Assembly: GCA_965657355.1 (NCBI GenBank)
Contig: CBFHOE010000002.1
Location: 504,785-568,784, forward strand
From: Limisphaerales bacterium
Lineage (GTDB): Bacteria; Verrucomicrobiota; Verrucomicrobiia; Limisphaerales; JAJOIW01
DNA: 64,000 nucleotides
Reading direction: 5' to 3'
The notes under the pieces were generated by a model. The model ran no database searches. It had not been told where the DNA came from and saw nothing but the letters and a program-made list of their open reading frames with translations. Both the position numbers and the translations under genes were made by a program. This document shows positions 52,174-60,955 of the stretch, one piece after another (within the stretch, counting starts at the first letter, position 1; each line of letters starts with the position of its first letter).

Positions 52174-53445
52174 TTAGGATGACCTTTTGTTTGCTTCAAC
52201 AATAGATTTGAGGCTAGTAGCTAAATCTGCCAGCTGATGGGCAGCCTTGAGGGAGTTTTCAGCGCCTTCAGCTGTCACCTTTGCCACTGACGATACTGAT
52301 TCAATTTTTTCAGAAATAGCATGTGAACCATCAGCTCCATCGCTGGCATTTTGAGAAATCCCATTGATGGTCACTGTTTGTTCTTCAACCGCAGTAGCGA
52401 TGGTGTTTTGCTTGTCATTAACCTGGTTGATGATGTCACTAATATCCTTGATAGAATCGACAACCGCTTTAGTTTCATCTTGGATTGATCCAATCTTCTG
52501 ACTGATATCTTCTGTAGCTGCTGCCGTTTGCTTCGCAAGCTCCTTGACCTCGTTGGCAACAACGGCGAACCCTTTTCCTGCCTCACCAGCTCGAGCAGCT
52601 TCAATAGTTGCATTCAATGCAAGCAAATTGGTTTGTTGGGCAATTGATGTAATAACCTTGATAACATTACCGATCTGAACGCTACTTTCACCGAGCTTAT
52701 TGACTGTTTGCGTTGTCACGTCCGCCACAGCCACAGCCTCATTGCCAACGCGAGCTGCATCACTAGCACTTTGCGCAATTTCTTTTGCGGCAGCTTTCAT
52801 CTCTTCTACGCTTAGTGCGACTTGCTCTACATTTTTAGACACCATGGATGAAGAACTAGCCACACTGCTAGCCTGGTCGGCCGTTTCTTGACAATTACCC
52901 GACATTTGTTGAGCAGTATCAGATAACTCCTTGGCTGATGAAGCCATTGTCTGAGAATTGATATCGACCTCTGCGATAGTTTCATTCAATTTCCTACTCA
53001 ATTCCTTATTCTCAGTAATGTCGATAGCGAATTTAGCAATTTTGTAGGGTAGTCCATTGGAATCTAGAATTGGATTATAACTGGCTTTTATCCAAATCTC
53101 ATGACCGTTTTTTCCTAACCGTTTGAATTCAGCAGCTATAAATTGCCCATTATTTAAACTGTTCCAGAAATCGTGGTACTCTTGGGAAGATGCATATTCG
53201 GGAGCAACAAACATTCGATGGTGTTTACCCTTTATCTCATCTAGCGTATATCCAACAACATCCAGAAAATTCTGGTTGGCAGAAATTATGGTTCCATCCA
53301 ACTCAAACTCAATAACGGCTTGAGTTCTATATATCGCATCTATCTGGCCCTTTAAATCTGTAAGCTCATCATAACCGTTAGGTTCTTTGTTAGATATTGT
53401 ATTGTTATCCTTTTGTCTATTGTCATCTGTTAGCGTGGCATTCAT
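52174..53445 (-). CDS. Soluble PAS-domain methyl-accepting chemotaxis protein
   Basis: PAS domain (IEFELDG...GKHHRMF...WIKASYNP), [30 protein letters not shown] and no TM helix. Confidence 0.95.
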   Translation of the reverse strand: MNATLTDDNRQKDNNTISNKEPNGYDELTDLKGQIDAIYRTQAVIEFELDGTIISANQNFLDVVGYTLDEIKGKHHRMFVAPEYASSQEYHDFWNSLNNGQFIAAEFKRLGKNGHEIWIKASYNPILDSNGLPYKIAKFAIDITENKELSRKLNETIAEVDINSQTMASSAKELSDTAQQMSGNCQETADQASSVASSSSMVSKNVEQVALSVEEMKAAAKEIAQSASDAARVGNEAVAVADVTTQTVNKLGESSVQIGNVIKVITSIAQQTNLLALNATIEAARAGEAGKGFAVVANEVKELAKQTAAATEDISQKIGSIQDETKAVVDSIKDISDIINQVNDKQNTIATAVEEQTVTINGISQNASDGADGSHAISEKIESVSSVAKVTAEGAENSLKAAHQLADLATSLKSIVEANKRSS

Positions 53446-53479
53446 TTTCTAATCTTTGTTAATCTAATTAATATTTATT

Positions 53480-53968
53480 TTAGTAAGATTGCATTTCGTC
53501 TTTGGACATGACCTGACATATGTTTATGGCCTCATCTACATTCATCGACAGCAATAATGTTTTTGGAAGTTTGTATACGCCAAGCAGAAGGTCTCTGTTC
53601 ACACCATTTAAACTATCTGGCGGAGCCTCTAAATCTTTATCATCTACCTCTATAACATCACCGATTTTGTCGACTAGTAAACTAATTGCCCCTTCATCTG
53701 AATGAACGACAACATTCATCGGTAATTGTTGATTTTCCCTAGGGGGCATACCCATCTTCTCCCTCATATCAACTGCGATAACAATTTGCCCCCTTAGATT
53801 AATTAAACCTTTGACGACAGCAGGAGATACTGGAACCGGGGTCATTTTTTGATATTTAATCACCTCTTGAACGCGCAATACATCCACACCAAAATAGAAT
53901 CCATTAACGTAAAAAGTACACAGCTGTTTTTTTACTTTCATCTCAATTTTTTGCTTTTTGAAAATCAC
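53480..53968 (-). CDS. cheW: CheW coupling protein
   Basis: VQEVI, GLINLRGQIV and LLVDKIGDV. Confidence 0.95.
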   Translation of the reverse strand: MIFKKQKIEMKVKKQLCTFYVNGFYFGVDVLRVQEVIKYQKMTPVPVSPAVVKGLINLRGQIVIAVDMREKMGMPPRENQQLPMNVVVHSDEGAISLLVDKIGDVIEVDDKDLEAPPDSLNGVNRDLLLGVYKLPKTLLLSMNVDEAINICQVMSKDEMQSY

Positions 53969-56226
53969 AGGTAAAAAGACGGATCTGCCGATTTGATCAT
54001 ATTTTCGACATCCAAAACCCCAGTTACCTTATCTTTTATTATGGCAGACCCTATAATATCTGGGCTGAGCGATTTCCTCTGAATCGTAAGCTCCTGTTCG
54101 ATAATATCGTCAATTTCTCCGACTACCAAACCGACACTATTACCATTACCCGAGTAAACTATAACCTGAAGCTGTTCATCCTCCGTCAAAGTCACATGGC
54201 CATCTAAATTACCGACATTTATCAGCGGCATGATCTGCCCCCGATACTGCACGACTCTTCCATCGCTAGAATTCTCAATGTAAACACTTGGAATTTCTTC
54301 TAAGCGATCCACAATTGAAAGAGGCATTGCCATCCGCCGACCTGTCGTACTATTAAAGACGAGATAACGACTATTCTCCGGTTCCTCAGATTCTTCATCT
54401 ACAGCATCATTAAATAACATTTTCACCCGCCCTGGAGTGACCACCTTTGCCTCCTGGGCTAGTCCCATGACATCCAATATGAGCGCGACCTGCCCATCAC
54501 CCATAATTGTTGCCCCAGCAAATAGACGAGATTGTTTAAGTTGTTTCCCTAACGGTTTGACTACAATTTCTTCGGTATCATTTATGTCATCTACGACTAA
54601 GCCGAATTGCTTGCCGTCGGCCTGCAGCACAACTATGTTTAGTACGCCATCATCATATTCATTTTCACGCCTATCTTTCGGTTTATCTCTCAATCTCAAT
54701 TCTTTATCTAAATATATTAGAGGAAGCAAATTTCCTCTAAGCCGGTATACAGGACTTCCGTATATCATTTCTATAGAGTTTGCTGCATTACCTTCTTCTA
54801 AACGAACGAGCTCCAGCAAGCTTACTTGCGGTATGGCAAAACGTTCATTTCTGGTTGTCACAATCAAGGCTGGAATGATAGCTAATGTTAGAGGAATCTT
54901 AATTTTAATTGTCGTTCCATTTCCTTCAGAGCTATTGACATCAACAGAACCACCAATTTTTTCTATATTAGTCTTTACGACATCCATCCCGACACCGCGA
55001 CCAGAGACATTTGTCACTTTGCCAGCTGTAGAGAAACCGGGACTAAATATTAGACTATAAGCCTCTTTTTCCGATAGGCGTAAAGCTTCTTCGGAACTTA
55101 AAACCCCTTTTTCTATTGCTTTTGATTTAACTTTTTCAGCAGAAATTCCTCGCCCATCGTCAATAATCTCAATATTTACCTGCCCACCTTCATGATAGGC
55201 TTTTAGAAGTATATTACCGCATGGATTTTTACCATTCCCTTCTCGCTCATCTGCCGTTTCCACACCGTGATCTACAGCATTCCTAATAATGTGGGTAAGT
55301 GGATCTTTAATAGCCTCAATAATTGTTCTATCAAGCTCAGTTTCTTTCCCTACCATCTCAATCTCAACTTGCTTCCCTAGCTCCTTGGATAGGTCCCTGA
55401 CAATTCTGGGAAATTTGGACCATATATTACCAATGGGCTGCATGCGCGTCTTCATGACACCCTCTTGCAGCTCGGTTGTTATTATGTTTAGCCTTTGGGC
55501 AGCAGAAGCCAGTTCCTTCTGTTCAGATTCTCCAGTAAATTGCAGAATCTGATTACGAGTTAGAACTAGTTCGCCTACTAGATTCATGACCTTGTCCAGT
55601 TGGCTTACATTTACCCTGATGGCGCTATCAACGACACTCGACTTCTGAATGGTCGGACTGTTTTTTTGCCCTGTATCAACCTGTTCTAATGCCACTGCAT
55701 CTGCCTGTTTTGCGAGCTCAGAATTACTCCCCTTATTATCTTGTCTTTGCTCCTCATCCGCATCCTTTTCAAAGACAACTTCTAATTTCGGTTGTCCTTT
55801 ATCATTTTCCTCTTTGACACATTCACGTTTGGCTGATGGCTTTTGAAGCTTGATTAAAGCCTCCTGCAATGACGAAAATTCTTTTGCCCCTTCATCCCCA
55901 GAAACTTCAAGATTATTGAAAAGCTCGCGAAGGGCATCAGATAGACCAAGGAGAACAGAGACCATATCAGAGCTAACCTCCACATTACCATCCCGTAATA
56001 CACTCAATAAATTTTCTCCATCATGAGCAAGCTTTTCAATTTTTGAAAAGCCAACACAACCACTGCTTCCTTTTATTGTATGAATGATTCTAAAGATATT
56101 ATTAAGCGTACTTTTAGTCCCGTCACCATTCTCCAGCTTAAGCATCTCCTGGTCGTATTGATCCAGTCCCTCAAACCCCTCAATCAACAGCTCTTGTATC
56201 AACTGCTCCTTAAGCTCGTCGTCCAT
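53965..56226 (-). CDS. cheA: Chemotaxis histidine kinase CheA with two CheW domains
   Basis: IHTIKG (Hpt), HIIRNAVDHG, GFSTA..VSGRGVGMDVV, PLTLAI and a second CheW-like domain at the C-terminus. Confidence 0.97.
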   Translation of the reverse strand: MDDELKEQLIQELLIEGFEGLDQYDQEMLKLENGDGTKSTLNNIFRIIHTIKGSSGCVGFSKIEKLAHDGENLLSVLRDGNVEVSSDMVSVLLGLSDALRELFNNLEVSGDEGAKEFSSLQEALIKLQKPSAKRECVKEENDKGQPKLEVVFEKDADEEQRQDNKGSNSELAKQADAVALEQVDTGQKNSPTIQKSSVVDSAIRVNVSQLDKVMNLVGELVLTRNQILQFTGESEQKELASAAQRLNIITTELQEGVMKTRMQPIGNIWSKFPRIVRDLSKELGKQVEIEMVGKETELDRTIIEAIKDPLTHIIRNAVDHGVETADEREGNGKNPCGNILLKAYHEGGQVNIEIIDDGRGISAEKVKSKAIEKGVLSSEEALRLSEKEAYSLIFSPGFSTAGKVTNVSGRGVGMDVVKTNIEKIGGSVDVNSSEGNGTTIKIKIPLTLAIIPALIVTTRNERFAIPQVSLLELVRLEEGNAANSIEMIYGSPVYRLRGNLLPLIYLDKELRLRDKPKDRRENEYDDGVLNIVVLQADGKQFGLVVDDINDTEEIVVKPLGKQLKQSRLFAGATIMGDGQVALILDVMGLAQEAKVVTPGRVKMLFNDAVDEESEEPENSRYLVFNSTTGRRMAMPLSIVDRLEEIPSVYIENSSDGRVVQYRGQIMPLINVGNLDGHVTLTEDEQLQVIVYSGNGNSVGLVVGEIDDIIEQELTIQRKSLSPDIIGSAIIKDKVTGVLDVENMIKSADPSFYL

Positions 56227-56275
56227 TTCCCCTCCTTAATCCAAATCCTTTAATACTTATCAGAAATGGATATAT

Positions 56276-56641
56276 TTATCCGATAATTTCGCTGACGGTG
56301 GATGTCACTTTTTCCATTTTAAATGGCTTAGGTATATATCCTGAAACGTTTAAAGACTTTGCTCTATCTATACTTTCAGCGTCAGATTCAGCCGTTAACA
56401 TGACAACCGGTGTGGACTCACTATCCCTTTCATTTCTCAGTTCATTGAGAACATCCAAACCATTCATGTCGGGCATGGTGATATCTAGGATTATGAGATC
56501 TGGATTATGATTTTTAGTGGCTTCCAAGGCCTCTGATCCATTCGTGGCTTCAACAACATTGTAGTCTAATGGCTTTAATGCATTTTTTAGCATCATTCTT
56601 ATAACTTTACTGTCATCCGCTGTAAGTATTGTTTTCGACAT
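56276..56641 (-). CDS. cheY: CheY-like single-domain response regulator
   Basis: ADDS, ILDITMP, MLTA and KPF. Confidence 0.88.
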   Translation of the reverse strand: MSKTILTADDSKVIRMMLKNALKPLDYNVVEATNGSEALEATKNHNPDLIILDITMPDMNGLDVLNELRNERDSESTPVVMLTAESDAESIDRAKSLNVSGYIPKPFKMEKVTSTVSEIIG

Positions 56642-56660
56642 ATTTTCCTTCTTATATTTA

Positions 56661-57383
56661 TTATCTATTGGCGTAGGGATTGATTAAGAAATCGACCCAC
56701 AAAATTTCATCATAGATTTTGAAAGCGAAGGTTTCTTTCTTCGCTCCTGGTATTTTTTCGATAGAGACAAGTGTTGTATCAGAGACTAATGGAAGTCCTA
56801 GATTGCACTTGAGACCAGCATCTGAAATGTTTGACTGCAACTTTCCCGCTATAATATTTACAAATTCAGATAACGTATCAGCCATCAAGTCCTTATCTAC
56901 TTCACTGGGATCCATTCCTAGCAAACCCGCACAAATCATCCTGGTTATCTTCGAGGGAAAATCTAAATACATTTTACCAAAGACCACTCCATCAAACTCT
57001 ATCGTGCTAATTAATCGAATATCGTCAGAACGAACATGTTTCTCATGATTGAGCTGGACCAGCTCTTTATCGAGCATCAATTCAAATGTGTTCTCGACAG
57101 CAAGTACCAATAAATCTCCCATTGCGAGTATTTCGATAATCCCAACTCCCAACTGGTTTAATGCACCCTCAATGGGTGTGTTTGCGGCATCAGCTTTTGA
57201 TCCGAAAGCGATCCTTATCGTACGGCTCTTTAAAGAATCATCCTTAGCTATAAGTTCAGAAATGTCGTCGATACTTGCATAATCGGACTTCTTTACAAGT
57301 TCAGCCAACTGGGCCACGCTTTTTGCATTCTTCTCAGCTATGAGTTCCTCTCTCGACAATGAATCAACCGACATATTTACCAC
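56661..57383 (-). CDS. cheX: HDOD-like N-terminus fused to a CheX phosphatase domain
   Basis: ISELIAKDDSL...IEGALNQLG (HDOD-like). DTLSEFVNIIAG (ExxN) and LGLP (CheX). Confidence 0.7.
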   Translation of the reverse strand: MVNMSVDSLSREELIAEKNAKSVAQLAELVKKSDYASIDDISELIAKDDSLKSRTIRIAFGSKADAANTPIEGALNQLGVGIIEILAMGDLLVLAVENTFELMLDKELVQLNHEKHVRSDDIRLISTIEFDGVVFGKMYLDFPSKITRMICAGLLGMDPSEVDKDLMADTLSEFVNIIAGKLQSNISDAGLKCNLGLPLVSDTTLVSIEKIPGAKKETFAFKIYDEILWVDFLINPYANR

Positions 57384-57904
57384 CTAAAATCCTTTTAATC
57401 TCTGATTAGTTATCACTTAGTTACTCGATTGTTATTGGGTACAATCGTGCCTAAGTTATTTTAACAATTAGAACTGGGAGGCCTCTCAAACCATTCCATG
57501 TATCTACACCATATAGCGACTCTTTCCCGCCGAGTTTAAGTTATAAACTAAAACTTTTCATGCACACGGCTTGACTTTTCTATGCTTGTAAAAGGAATTC
57601 TTTAGTAGTGAATCATTGCAACCTGTTGATAGTAAGCATGGTAAATCGTGATGATTCCACACTCCCAATGAGCTTTAAATACACACCAATTAGCCAAAGG
57701 GTTTGTGAGCCTTAAATAGCTCGAAAACATATTAATATTAAATGACGGTATTTGCGTCTAGAGACACGTCGTGTTTCGTATAAGCGAGATTAACCTGATA
57801 TTTAAACACTCTTATGGAATTATTTCGACGGAACTATGTTGGATTTTTTTCTCTCTATTTCAGTTTATGTTAGTAAATGAAACCCAGAAAATTCGCTCTT
57901 AAAT

Positions 57905-58909
57905 CTAACACCTTTCAAGAATGAAAACACCCTCTTGGCAGGACCCATCCACAAAACAACTAACCTCATTAAACCCATTAATCTTCGCAATGTTAATCAA
58001 CGATTCCGGAGAGTATCTGACAGAACGAAATATATCCAAACAGCTTCCCGGGCACCATTGTATTGGTGGAACCCCGGGAGAACGAGGATGCAGCAACCTT
58101 TTTACTTCCAAAGTTGTCCGAACCATGGCCAATGGATAATCGCAAAATGAAAAGTTAGCCGTTTCGAATGCGAATTCTTTATTCAGCCCCATGAGGCCTA
58201 AGTTCTCCGTAAAAGCGGCAATCCAAGCACGGGTGGGTTCATTGTCATACTGTGAAATGATATTGGGTAATTTAGATTCAATCTCCTGGGGTGATGCAAG
58301 GTTGGCCCCGATAGTTAGAATGTCTCCTTTTCGAGTGATGCTTTTAAGAAAGTGCCATGCAATTTTCGGGGGTATATTGGGAAGCATCCCCATAAAAAAA
58401 ATCAGGGCTGGTTTCGAACCAATCCCAATTCCTGAAAAATAATGGCCTTCGAGATCCGGTAGATTGGCCATAACTTCAATGTCCGCGACGTGAGCTTTTA
58501 CCTCAGCAAAGGCTCTCGTCTCTTGCCAACTGTGAATGGCAAGAAAAGGGCTGCAATCAATGACATGTGTCTGTTTTGGTAAATTCGTATTCGCCTCGAG
58601 AAAAAGAGCCTCTTTGTTTCCTCCGCCGCTTCCGAATGAATATAGATCGTAGTGTTTTCCCTTTTGAATTTTGTTCAATTCTTGAAAGGACTCCAGATAT
58701 ACATTTTTTGCAGAGTTACCTTTGTGAACCGGGGAATATTGAAAGTGTATATCCAACCATTTTTGGGCTTGGCTGTCAGAGGAATAAAGAAGACAAGATG
58801 GAATGTTCCGCGAAAGAAGAGCTCTTTCAATCATCTCACGCTTCACTTCAGGAAAAGCAGATGAGTCCACTCTGATATCACAATATTTAGGGAGTTTTCC
58901 TTGTGTCAC
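57905..58909 (-). CDS. Divergent EgtD-like (Methyltransf_33) SAM methyltransferase
   Basis: IP...LY, YSP, FGSGGGNKE, FFMGMLPN, QYDN and FRSVRYSP parallel the EgtD layout. Confidence 0.6.
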   Translation of the reverse strand: MTQGKLPKYCDIRVDSSAFPEVKREMIERALLSRNIPSCLLYSSDSQAQKWLDIHFQYSPVHKGNSAKNVYLESFQELNKIQKGKHYDLYSFGSGGGNKEALFLEANTNLPKQTHVIDCSPFLAIHSWQETRAFAEVKAHVADIEVMANLPDLEGHYFSGIGIGSKPALIFFMGMLPNIPPKIAWHFLKSITRKGDILTIGANLASPQEIESKLPNIISQYDNEPTRAWIAAFTENLGLMGLNKEFAFETANFSFCDYPLAMVRTTLEVKRLLHPRSPGVPPIQWCPGSCLDIFRSVRYSPESLINIAKINGFNEVSCFVDGSCQEGVFILERC

Positions 58910-58968
58910 TAATTCCTAGATTAATACATCTTGCTTGCTAATTGAATACTGAAAGATCAAAATATTTT

Positions 58969-60765
58969 ATGAATTCAATCCAATTAACAAGATCTATACT
59001 CAGTGGGTTTTTCTTTAAAAGGCTCCTTAAACTGTTTTTATTATTGGCATTTTTATTCTTTTTAGATAGCCACACAAGAGTTCGATCCGAGGTTAACTTT
59101 TCCCTCCAGGAAGATAGCTACCAGCAAAAAAATGTACCCACTGGAAAAATTGAGCACTACCAATTCGCTAACAGTAAAATTTTCCCTGGCACAGTTAGGG
59201 ACTATTGGATTTATATACCACAGCAATATCGCCCGGAATCTCCAGCTTGCCTAATGGTATTTCAGGATGGAAAAAATTACGTGAAGAGGGATGGGCAGTG
59301 GAAAATACCAAACGTTTTTGACAACCTAATTCATAAAAAAGAAATGCCGGTTACTCTGGGAATTTTCATCAATCCCGGGGTTGTCCCTGCACCTCACACC
59401 AACGCGCAGCCGCGATTTAATAGAAGTTATGAGTATGATTCGTTGGGAGATGAATACGCACGTTTCCTATTAAACGAACTCATTCCCGAAGTAGAAAAAA
59501 AATATTCTTTGAGTTCCAATCCCAATGACCGAGCAATTTGTGGATCAAGCTCCGGTGGCATAGCAGCTTTTACAGTAGCATGGGAGCGACCAGATGCTTT
59601 TAGTAGAGTCTTCACGACTGTAGGGACTTATGTTGGCCTCAGAGGAGGTAACGAGTACCCAACGCTAATAAGAAAGACTGAACCAAAACCAATCAGAGTT
59701 TTCCTGCAAGATGGCTCAAAAGATCTCAACATCTATGGGGGCAATTGGTGGATTGCGAATCAAGCTATGCTGAATGCGCTCCAATTCTCTGGATATGATG
59801 TAAAGCATGCTTGGGGTGAAGGAGGCCATAATGGAAGGCATGGCGCTTCGATTTTTCCTCAGGTCATGAAATGGCTTTGGAGAGATTACCCTGCCCAAAT
59901 TAAAACCCAGATTGGCGAAGGCCATAAGCTTTCAAGCATTCTCATCCAAGGAGAAAATTGGGAAGTAGTGAGCAGTGGTCATAAATTTTCTGAAGGTCCT
60001 GTTGCAGGCCCAGATGGTTCTGTTTATTTTTCGGACATCCCGAATAATAAAATCTTCAAAATTGCAAAAGATGGAAAAGTTTCAACATTTGCCTCGAATA
60101 CCGGGAGGGCCAATGGGCTGACAATCGGTGCCGATGGCTTGATCTACGCATGTTCCGCAGGTAAAAAAACTATCGATGCTTATGACCCGATTTCAGGAAG
60201 ATCATCGGAAGTAATTCGGGGATATTCGAGTAATGATCTTGTAGCTTTACCCTTCGGCGGATATTTCACCTCCCCAACTGCGAGAAAAATTTATTTTGTA
60301 AATGACCAATTTGAAGTCAGGGAAGTGGACTCAGGAATCAGGAGGCCGAATGGAATTGTTACGTCGCCCGACCACACCCTTCTTTATGTTTCCGATTCGA
60401 TTGGCAGGTTTGTTTATTCATTTCAAATCCAACCAGATGGCTCATTGAGTCACAAACAAAAGTTCTTTCACCTTCATTTAGAGGATAACCAAGTTGAGAG
60501 CGGAGCAGATGGAATGACGACCGATAGTCTGGGTAGATTGTATGTAGCCACAAATGCGGGTATTCAGATATTCGATCAGCCAGGGCGCGTAAATGCTATA
60601 ATTCCAAAGCCCCAGAGAGCGAAGCTATCCAATTTGACTTTTGGTGGACCGAATCTTGAATACCTCTATGTCACATGCGGTGATAAAGTTTACAGAAGGA
60701 AAACACAAGTGAATGGTTTGGTTTCTTCCGCTGCCCCCATAAAACCTCCGAGGCCAAGACTTTAA
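58969..60765 (+). CDS. Exported fusion of an esterase (Fes-like alpha/beta hydrolase) and an SMP-30/gluconolactonase domain
   Basis: MVFQDG, GSSSG nucleophile and GGH, then SEGP, PNGI, ADGMTTD and SNLTFGG. Confidence 0.88.
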   Translation: MNSIQLTRSILSGFFFKRLLKLFLLLAFLFFLDSHTRVRSEVNFSLQEDSYQQKNVPTGKIEHYQFANSKIFPGTVRDYWIYIPQQYRPESPACLMVFQDGKNYVKRDGQWKIPNVFDNLIHKKEMPVTLGIFINPGVVPAPHTNAQPRFNRSYEYDSLGDEYARFLLNELIPEVEKKYSLSSNPNDRAICGSSSGGIAAFTVAWERPDAFSRVFTTVGTYVGLRGGNEYPTLIRKTEPKPIRVFLQDGSKDLNIYGGNWWIANQAMLNALQFSGYDVKHAWGEGGHNGRHGASIFPQVMKWLWRDYPAQIKTQIGEGHKLSSILIQGENWEVVSSGHKFSEGPVAGPDGSVYFSDIPNNKIFKIAKDGKVSTFASNTGRANGLTIGADGLIYACSAGKKTIDAYDPISGRSSEVIRGYSSNDLVALPFGGYFTSPTARKIYFVNDQFEVREVDSGIRRPNGIVTSPDHTLLYVSDSIGRFVYSFQIQPDGSLSHKQKFFHLHLEDNQVESGADGMTTDSLGRLYVATNAGIQIFDQPGRVNAIIPKPQRAKLSNLTFGGPNLEYLYVTCGDKVYRRKTQVNGLVSSAAPIKPPRPRL

Positions 60766-60935
60766 TTGCCATGCGATTTCGGCTTGTTACTTGCGTGGCC
60801 CGTCTTTTTTTTATTAATACCACAGCCACAACCAGAAGAGCACCCATGGGATCTAGCTCGACGACACATATTATGGATGAAGAGTGCAATCGTAATAACG
60901 ACTACTGCAGGCGCGGCTAATGATTGCCAGTCCAT
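60762..60935 (-). CDS. FeoB-associated Cys-rich membrane protein (57 aa, absent from the ORF track)
   Basis: Hand translation gives MDWQSLAAPAVVVITIALFIHNMCRRARSHGCSSGCGCGINKKKTGHASNKPKSHGN*. It starts 20 nt after the feoB stop. Confidence 0.8.
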   Translation of the reverse strand: MDWQSLAAPAVVVITIALFIHNMCRRARSHGCSSGCGCGINKKKTGHASNKPKSHGN

Positions 60936-60955
60936 CTGAATTTACTTACTTAAAA

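Noticed and set aside
57436..57540. Sigma-54 or sigma-28 promoter of the che operon
   Set aside because: AGGCACG is followed by CC instead of GC at -12, and TAAA-N14-GTCGCTAT is a weak match with off spacing.
57690..57785. c-di-GMP-I riboswitch upstream of the che operon (GACGCAAA on the minus strand)
   Set aside because: The GGCAAACC arm, GNRA hairpin and receptor stem could not be built.
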